Source of the DNA: Escherichia phage vB_EcoP_SU7
Reading direction: 5' to 3' (one strand)
DNA: 64,000 bases
Sequence record: NC_070980.1
The translations under genes and the position numbers were made by a program. Positions within the stretch are counted from its first letter, which is position 1. Every line of letters starts with the position of its first letter. Shown in pieces: positions 57,928-64,000 of this stretch. The notes below the pieces were generated by a model that was not told the origin of the DNA, ran no database searches, and saw only the letters and a program-made list of their open reading frames with translations.

Positions 57928-59028
57928 TTACAGCAGTCGTTCTAATTGCATTTCCAGATGGTCTGGAATGTAATCAGTGATGTTATTATCACTGCTACCT
58001 GATTCACGCATCAGAGCAAACATGTGACGAATTTCACGAACCGTTGCGATTCGAGTGCTTTCAATCTGAGGGGTGTAGTAGGTCATGATCTCTTCATAGA
58101 CAGTGTTGGCATTACCGCGCACATATCCCAAGAAACCATAGAAGTCATTCATATCACGTAAGTTGATAAGGACTTCACCATCAGGGCCAGTCTGTTGCAC
58201 ACGAACACGACCAACCAAAGTTACAGATTGCTCACGACAGAACAGAATATCACGAGCAAGACGATACCCTTCAGTGAGATCACTGTCTCTTGGAGTATAG
58301 TCTAGGGGTAGATGTTGAATCATAGGAGCGAAGCGCAGCTCATTCAACTTCTCAACATAAGCTTCATTGTCTAAATCTGCATATTCAACAGCCAGTTTCT
58401 TGAGAACCAAGAAGCGGTTGACCAGATTCAGAAGTTGGCTCTTTTTCCACTTCGGCTCTGAGATACGGAACTCAACAGAACCAAATTGAGATAGAGGCAA
58501 AAGATTAAGGGAGGTATATTTATCCCAGCTATTAACAAGAGAGTGGAAGAAAGCTTCCCCGTCTCGGTTGAACGCTGACGAAGCATTCATAACTTGTGCT
58601 TGAACGACAGCAAAAGCTGGACAGAAGTTGCTACGATAGCGATGGTATCCAGAACATTTGAACATCATCTTTTCATAGAACGTCCATCCAAGAATAACTT
58701 TCTTAAGGATATTACTATCAGCGTCACGCATATCCATATGAACGTGAGTGGAACAGCGCCAAGTTCCCTCGGCTCCAGAATCCTGTACTGCTTCACTCAG
58801 ATTGTTAATAGCACGAAGTAATTCTTCACCGTTGTAAGGTCGTGCACATACTAATTCACAACCATCACGAAGAGAGCCATCTTCAGTACAAACCCACATA
58901 TCAGCGTCAATGTTAGTTGTACCTTCGACTTCTAACTCAATACCAACACCACACTGAAAAGCAATACTTGGATGCGGTTCAGATAAGCGAGGGTTACGGT
59001 ATCCAAAAACTTGTGCTACGGTTGTCAT
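57928..59028 (-). CDS. Amidoligase-like (glutamine-synthetase-like carboxylate-amine ligase) protein
   Basis: GVGIELEVEG and CSTHVHMD motifs resembling phage amidoligase families. Confidence 0.45.
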   Translation of the reverse strand: MTTVAQVFGYRNPRLSEPHPSIAFQCGVGIELEVEGTTNIDADMWVCTEDGSLRDGCELVCARPYNGEELLRAINNLSEAVQDSGAEGTWRCSTHVHMDMRDADSNILKKVILGWTFYEKMMFKCSGYHRYRSNFCPAFAVVQAQVMNASSAFNRDGEAFFHSLVNSWDKYTSLNLLPLSQFGSVEFRISEPKWKKSQLLNLVNRFLVLKKLAVEYADLDNEAYVEKLNELRFAPMIQHLPLDYTPRDSDLTEGYRLARDILFCREQSVTLVGRVRVQQTGPDGEVLINLRDMNDFYGFLGYVRGNANTVYEEIMTYYTPQIESTRIATVREIRHMFALMRESGSSDNNITDYIPDHLEMQLERLL

Positions 59029-59651
59029 AATGATTCCACCAACTCTACATTATATGATGACAGGTCTGAAGAAATATGCTTGAACTTCTCCAGAAGGTTT
59101 AAAGATTGACGACCATTGTCGCCATAACCAGCTTCAAGAAGCACGTTTCCAACGTAAGCTCCTTTGTAATAAACTTTTCCATCGACAGGATTGATATAGA
59201 TGAAACGAGTAACCAACCCTTCAAACTCTGGATTAAACAGGTTGTACACCAAATCACCCGGAATCGAACGTCCGAGAGAAGGTGGAGTACCACGAAGTTT
59301 ATTCCCCATCAATCCTTTAGCTCGCTGACGAACAGGGTTGATATGGGTCCAGCTCACCATGTTATTACCATGCTGAAGGTATCCTACATCTGGAGACTCC
59401 AGAATGAGGCTGTGATCAAACACTGGGATATTACTAACAATCTGACGCTCAAACTGACCTTCGGAGTTTTTAGTCCAGCGTTCCGCCTCAAACACTAAAG
59501 ACATTTCAGCGTCGTGTGAGTAGTCGTCGATATCAAAGTTACCTTGCTGACGAACATCAAGCACATATAGAGGGAGGTTTTTACCATCAGGTGATCGCTG
59601 AGCAATCCATGTTCCACAATAATAGTGTTGAAAATCTCTTAACAAGCTCAC
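59025..59651 (-). CDS. Hypothetical protein (within the ligase cluster)
   Basis: 208-aa ORF coupled to the flanking ligase genes. Confidence 0.4.
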   Translation of the reverse strand: MSLLRDFQHYYCGTWIAQRSPDGKNLPLYVLDVRQQGNFDIDDYSHDAEMSLVFEAERWTKNSEGQFERQIVSNIPVFDHSLILESPDVGYLQHGNNMVSWTHINPVRQRAKGLMGNKLRGTPPSLGRSIPGDLVYNLFNPEFEGLVTRFIYINPVDGKVYYKGAYVGNVLLEAGYGDNGRQSLNLLEKFKHISSDLSSYNVELVESL

Positions 59652-59660
59652 AATATCACC

Positions 59661-60470
59661 TTATACAATCTGGAGTTTAGAGGAGAATTTATCCGCTTCT
59701 TTAACATCGTTACTGTTGATGATGTTGTGAAGCTTTTCAATTGGAAGGCGAGAGTGAAGTGACATCAATACTTCCATATCACAGCCTTGAACAACCTTAT
59801 CAACTTGCTCATAAACAAACTTGCGGGTTGACTTCTCGCCAATCCAGAAGTTAGAAAGAGAACGATATTCAATACCGTAATCTTTGTAGCGAATGGCAGA
59901 AGCCTTTCCGTATAACTCTTTACGACGAGTATCTTTATCCATGATCACAGCTGGCAAGGACAGGAAGTAATCACACAACACACCTAACATCATTTGAGTC
60001 TGACGACTAATTTCCAGCGTACCAGTGACGCCAAGGTGAACATGACCACCAGCAGTACGCAGACCTTTGTCTGTCGCTACTGGAGATGGGTTTTTCTGAC
60101 CAGTGAAGGCGTTGAAATCAGGAGTACAACCAAATACAAAGGCTGACGGATGGAAAGATTCCATCTCTTCTGAAGTGAACACATGAGAGCTAATCCCAAG
60201 TGCTGCCTCCATGCCACGTTCATTGAGAACTTTGTTAGTCAGATCAATACCACGCTGAATGTTATCATTAAACGCTTCAAACCCTTTCTGTGGGTTAATA
60301 TCGAACTCGGCCAGAACGTTGTCTTCTTGAAGACGAACATCAGGGGCCAGATCAATTTTGTTGTCTTTAGAGCAGCCCAGCTTACCAGCCACAGAGGTGA
60401 TAATACCAGAAGCAGTACGAACAAACATTTCCGGATCCGACCCTATTAAGAATTTACGTTTAGTAGTCAT
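59661..60470 (-). CDS. Second amidoligase-like / carboxylate-amine ligase protein
   Basis: IGSDPEMFV (acidic ligase-type N-terminal motif) and AGGHVHLGV motif; divergent paralogue-like. Confidence 0.4.
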   Translation of the reverse strand: MTTKRKFLIGSDPEMFVRTASGIITSVAGKLGCSKDNKIDLAPDVRLQEDNVLAEFDINPQKGFEAFNDNIQRGIDLTNKVLNERGMEAALGISSHVFTSEEMESFHPSAFVFGCTPDFNAFTGQKNPSPVATDKGLRTAGGHVHLGVTGTLEISRQTQMMLGVLCDYFLSLPAVIMDKDTRRKELYGKASAIRYKDYGIEYRSLSNFWIGEKSTRKFVYEQVDKVVQGCDMEVLMSLHSRLPIEKLHNIINSNDVKEADKFSSKLQIV

Positions 60471-60937
60471 GCTTTAGTCCAACCTTTATGAGATAGATAG
60501 TTTTTAAATCTGCCACTGTGCACAGCGCCCATGTGGCCTTGATGTAAGTCGTTGCTTCTACAGAAGTCTTTAAGATTGTATATTGTTACAACCTCGCCAT
60601 CTGGAGATCTAAACTTCCAAAATCTAGCATTCCCTTTCACAGCGTTTTCTTCACTGGTCAGAAGTTGGAAATTACTTGGGTGGTTATTAAGTTTATCGCC
60701 ATCGATGTGATCAACAGTCATACCATCCGGAATAGGCCCAATAAACAATTCATACATAAGTCTATGTAATAAAAAGTTCCTTGTTATCTTTTCAGGAGCC
60801 TGAACTGTTGTAAACTTAAGATAACCATCTTTATCAGGAAACAGTTTCCTCTGTTTCCCTGTTCTTGCATGGAATATACTACCGTCTTCGAACACCAAGA
60901 AGGTAGCAACTCCGACTACTAACTCCCTAAATTCCAT
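60467..60937 (-). CDS. HNH endonuclease (inserted within the ligase cluster)
   Basis: VDHIDGDKLNNHPSNFQLLTSEENAVKGN HNH_3 motif. Confidence 0.65.
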   Translation of the reverse strand: MEFRELVVGVATFLVFEDGSIFHARTGKQRKLFPDKDGYLKFTTVQAPEKITRNFLLHRLMYELFIGPIPDGMTVDHIDGDKLNNHPSNFQLLTSEENAVKGNARFWKFRSPDGEVVTIYNLKDFCRSNDLHQGHMGAVHSGRFKNYLSHKGWTKA

Positions 60938-60961
60938 AGAGAACCAATAAGGAAAGCACGC

Positions 60962-61912
60962 TTAGTCATTGTAATACTCCACGAGTTCATCAAAAAGGGA
61001 AACAACACGAGCACCAGCTTCTTCTGGTGTCATTGAGGAAGGTACTGCTTGCATCAGACGTTCGATAAAACTTCGAACAGTAATTCTGTCCATACGCTGA
61101 TCTAATACTTCTCGCTTGTGACCTGCACAAGTTGACCAGAGACGTAACCACTCACTCATACTCTCATAATGGTCAGGGTCTTGGTCACGACGACGTGCCA
61201 TACGACGGAGAACTCCATCATTATGGTTTCGTACATAACCATCTCGGTTGTCATCAACACCGAATACATTCTGAACCCATACGTTTTCAGAAAATTCATC
61301 AGTGGTGCAAATTAATGGCAGAAATGCAATTGCACTCATGTCGCCATCAAAATAAGTCGCTGCTGACTCATCGGTTGAGTCTACGTCATTACTATAACAC
61401 CAGCGACCAAAGAAGTTACGACTTAAACCAGCTAAGCGTAGAGCTAAACCGATTCGTTGTCGCTTAAGCAACTCTTCCTTGTCTTGTACGCCTTCCTGAA
61501 GGAACTCCATTCCATTAAAATCACCATCCAAATAGCTACGGATGGTCATTAGTCCAGTAAACACCTTGTCTGCTGGATGGTTTCGAAGGTTCACGGCAAT
61601 GGAGTTCACCGAAGTGACAGAGAACATATCTTTATAGCAAGACATTGAGTTAAAAATATCTGTTGCTTCAACTAAAGCTCTTTCGATATCTTTAGCTGGC
61701 ACGCCATAAAAATTGTGAGGCCAGAAGTTAATAACTTCAATTTCTGAAGTTCTATCACGAAGGCTTGTTCGGTTACGACTTTCACCGTTAATGTCTGTAA
61801 CAGAATACATGTGCATACAGTTAAAAGTACCAAAGCAAGCTCTTCCTTTGAACACTGACTCACCGAAATCCTCTGCCGGTGTTACCGGAGCAATCGATGC
61901 GGAGATTGACAT
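60962..61912 (-). CDS. Hypothetical protein
   Basis: 316-aa ORF, no recognised motif. Confidence 0.4.
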   Translation of the reverse strand: MSISASIAPVTPAEDFGESVFKGRACFGTFNCMHMYSVTDINGESRNRTSLRDRTSEIEVINFWPHNFYGVPAKDIERALVEATDIFNSMSCYKDMFSVTSVNSIAVNLRNHPADKVFTGLMTIRSYLDGDFNGMEFLQEGVQDKEELLKRQRIGLALRLAGLSRNFFGRWCYSNDVDSTDESAATYFDGDMSAIAFLPLICTTDEFSENVWVQNVFGVDDNRDGYVRNHNDGVLRRMARRRDQDPDHYESMSEWLRLWSTCAGHKREVLDQRMDRITVRSFIERLMQAVPSSMTPEEAGARVVSLFDELVEYYND

Positions 61913-61920
61913 ATTCGCCT

Positions 61921-63138
61921 CTATTTATTAAAGAATAGTTTTTCCATAATGGTTTCCCACTCTTCTGAGGGGAGGGTTGAGAACCCGTTTCCGTGAAGCC
62001 TGTTTGTCATGCAACTAATAATATTGTACATGTTGTAGCTTCGGGTGGATTCTGTTCCATTGTTCCAGTTGTAACCGAAAACAATTTTATCGAAGGAGGT
62101 TTTATCCGTAGTTACTTCTCGGATAAACTCAACCAAGAGCGATTTCTCTGTGATGACCGCACGTTCACCATCTGGCAGATTGCAATACTGAGGAAGAAGG
62201 ATTGGTAAGAACATCGAATTGTTCACTCGACAATCACGAACACCTTCACTGCGATAGATTAGGCTTGAGAAGTCTTCATCACGCAGGTGTCCTTCACCTT
62301 CAGTGTATTCACACTGTCGCCACTTGGTCTGGCGAGGCTCAATCATTGTACTACCAACGCCTACTGTATACAGAGACGCTTGGAAAATACATGAATCGTA
62401 ATCATTCCCTGTTAAAGCAACACGTTCGTTACCGAACACATCCACTGAAGAGTTGATCAGTCGGCTGAATGCAAGAGAGGCTAGTGGAGACCAACCTTTC
62501 TTATACATCTTGTTCAGCATTTCATACACAGCAGATTTTTCATCATCTGTATAGAATGTACGATTCAGCATCAGATAGAACAGAGCGCGATCAGCAGGAC
62601 AACCATCAGTACAAACACCCATGAATCCTACTTCATGCCATACCAGACATGAGTCAGAATCTTTATCCATGAATGCTTCAAAGGCTTCCATTACAGCCCT
62701 GTCAGTAACATCAGGACGGTTGTTTTCTTCTGCCCATGTTTCTACATGAGAAGGGGGACGAGGGTCTCCATTCTCCACCCCTTCGCGGAAATATTGAGTG
62801 GTAATAGGCTTTTTATCACCATAACGTTTTACACCATAAGCGGGAAGGTGTGTACCAGAGTTCCAGATGTACTTGATTTCGGACATAGGCATCATGTTTT
62901 CGAGAACATTCTCTTCAGCAGTGCCTTGACGAACCATCATACCCTCACTCCACACCTTAATACGGATATTCCAGCCAAAATTGCTGTCATATGCGTTGTA
63001 GTAGTCAGGATAACCATCTTCATCTTCATCATAATCACCACCCTGATAGTAACCTGCTTTCAGGAAACCATAACAAGGAGGCCAGACGGTTACAACATCA
63101 TCTGATTCTTTCCAGCTTTGAAGTGTTACAGGGAACAT
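61921..63138 (-). CDS. Hypothetical protein
   Basis: 405-aa ORF with acidic Tyr/Asp-rich N-terminal region; first gene of the long minus-strand run ending in the ligase cluster. Confidence 0.4.
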   Translation of the reverse strand: MFPVTLQSWKESDDVVTVWPPCYGFLKAGYYQGGDYDEDEDGYPDYYNAYDSNFGWNIRIKVWSEGMMVRQGTAEENVLENMMPMSEIKYIWNSGTHLPAYGVKRYGDKKPITTQYFREGVENGDPRPPSHVETWAEENNRPDVTDRAVMEAFEAFMDKDSDSCLVWHEVGFMGVCTDGCPADRALFYLMLNRTFYTDDEKSAVYEMLNKMYKKGWSPLASLAFSRLINSSVDVFGNERVALTGNDYDSCIFQASLYTVGVGSTMIEPRQTKWRQCEYTEGEGHLRDEDFSSLIYRSEGVRDCRVNNSMFLPILLPQYCNLPDGERAVITEKSLLVEFIREVTTDKTSFDKIVFGYNWNNGTESTRSYNMYNIISCMTNRLHGNGFSTLPSEEWETIMEKLFFNK

Positions 63139-63149
63139 CTTTTACCTCT

Positions 63150-63512
63150 TTACTCTGCTACCAAAAGGCTCAGAGATTTGCGAATGTAGTCAATACTACG
63201 GAAGTTTCGATAGTTCTCTTGGAAGCGCATTTTTTCAAACTCTGCTTCCTGAAGCTCTACCTCTGCTGCTTTATATCCTGATAAAGCTAAACTTACCACA
63301 TCCTGAGGTAAGGTATTACGACGGCGAATAAGATATTTATTCGCTTTTAGTTTACCTTGTGCACGAGCCATTTTGGCCTTTGCCGCCTTGATACCATGAG
63401 AAATCCAAAGCAGTTGCTGTTTCAGATCTTCCTCATCCATACCACCTAAATCATTTGCTACTTTATGAAGCGTAGACAGGTTCACATGGCCTTTAATGGG
63501 GCGTAGGTTCAT
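63150..63512 (-). CDS. Hypothetical protein
   Basis: 120-aa helical basic ORF. Confidence 0.4.
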   Translation of the reverse strand: MNLRPIKGHVNLSTLHKVANDLGGMDEEDLKQQLLWISHGIKAAKAKMARAQGKLKANKYLIRRRNTLPQDVVSLALSGYKAAEVELQEAEFEKMRFQENYRNFRSIDYIRKSLSLLVAE

Positions 63513-63676
63513 AACTTCTCCTGTTTATCACATTGATTGGTCAGCCAGTTGTAAGCCCCTCTGTTGTTCTTGCTTAACTCACAAGATGCAAAAGAATAGG
63601 TTCTGACAAACCCTACGGTGGCTAAGCAAATAAAGATTGCTGCCAATAAGAACTTAACTTTCAACTTATTATCCAT
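63509..63676 (-). CDS. Hypothetical small membrane/secreted protein
   Basis: 55-aa ORF (below the track cutoff): MDNKLKVKFLLAAIFICLATVGF...; GAGG SD; stop overlaps the ATG of the downstream gene (ATGA). Confidence 0.25.
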   Translation of the reverse strand: MDNKLKVKFLLAAIFICLATVGFVRTYSFASCELSKNNRGAYNWLTNQCDKQEKL

Positions 63677-64000
63677 ACAACCTCTTCTTTGAACTTAAAA
63701 AAGGACTCTCCTAAGAGAGCCAAGCTTTAAGGCCAATTAAATAGATATCACCCAATATCTGTGGATAACCTGCTCTTAAAATATTCTATCCGACGGATGT
63801 TCGAGGATTACTCCTCTCCCTAGCATCGGCCCCATACGGGTAAGATTAAATTAAGATTAGGTTAGTTGAGCCAGAATAGCTCACATAGCCCTCTGATACT
63901 CACAAGGGCTATAGATGTTACTCTGTGGCTCCGTCGAAGCGGAGGATTGCTGCTGGGGCAGGGTATACTTCCAGATCTTCATCCAGTCGGTACAGGTGCC

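Noticed and set aside
63700-64000. Possible structured RNA or partial ORF at the right edge (hairpins AGCCCT...AGGGCT and CTCCG...CGGAG)
   Set aside because: Two minus-strand frames are open to the window edge and neither can be confirmed; the hairpins lack U-tracts. Too little context.
1-64000. CRISPR arrays, rRNA or tRNA genes, integrase/attachment sites, transposases
   Set aside because: No regularly spaced identical repeats, no tRNA cloverleaf candidates, and no integrase or transposase motifs were seen in any ORF.

Overview
This window reads as most of a tailed-phage genome, probably a phiEco32-like (Kuravirus-type) podophage; that identification is inference from gene content, not a database match. 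It has two convergent arms. The plus-strand arm (about 300-30430) is the virion/late module: small and large terminase, portal, scaffold, major capsid protein with a -1 frameshift Ig-like extension, tail fibres, GH24 endolysin, SLT transglycosylase and large internal virion proteins, punctuated by UUCG-tetraloop terminators. The minus-strand arm (30655-63680) is the replication/nucleotide-metabolism/accessory module: T7-like primase-helicase, a DNA polymerase A split into a separate 3'-5' exonuclease ORF and a polymerase ORF that is itself interrupted at motif C by an HNH-containing intron-like insertion, gp2.5-like SSB, FEN, PhoH, ThyX, dCTP deaminase, thioredoxin, Dps-like ferritin, a phage sigma factor, spanins and at least six HNH endonucleases. 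The most unusual content is a minus-strand cluster (53183-61912) encoding a gamma-glutamyl-cyclotransferase-like protein, an ATP-grasp ligase, a class II glutamine amidotransferase and two amidoligase-like enzymes, which looks like a pathway for an amide-linked modification of unknown target. Other notable points are a predicted AUU start codon for the amidotransferase, a homing endonuclease inserted in the spanin overlap with a recoded duplication, and a degenerate repeat array at the left end. No rRNA, tRNA or CRISPR array was recognised. All calls are from reading the sequence and ORF translations; no searches were run.
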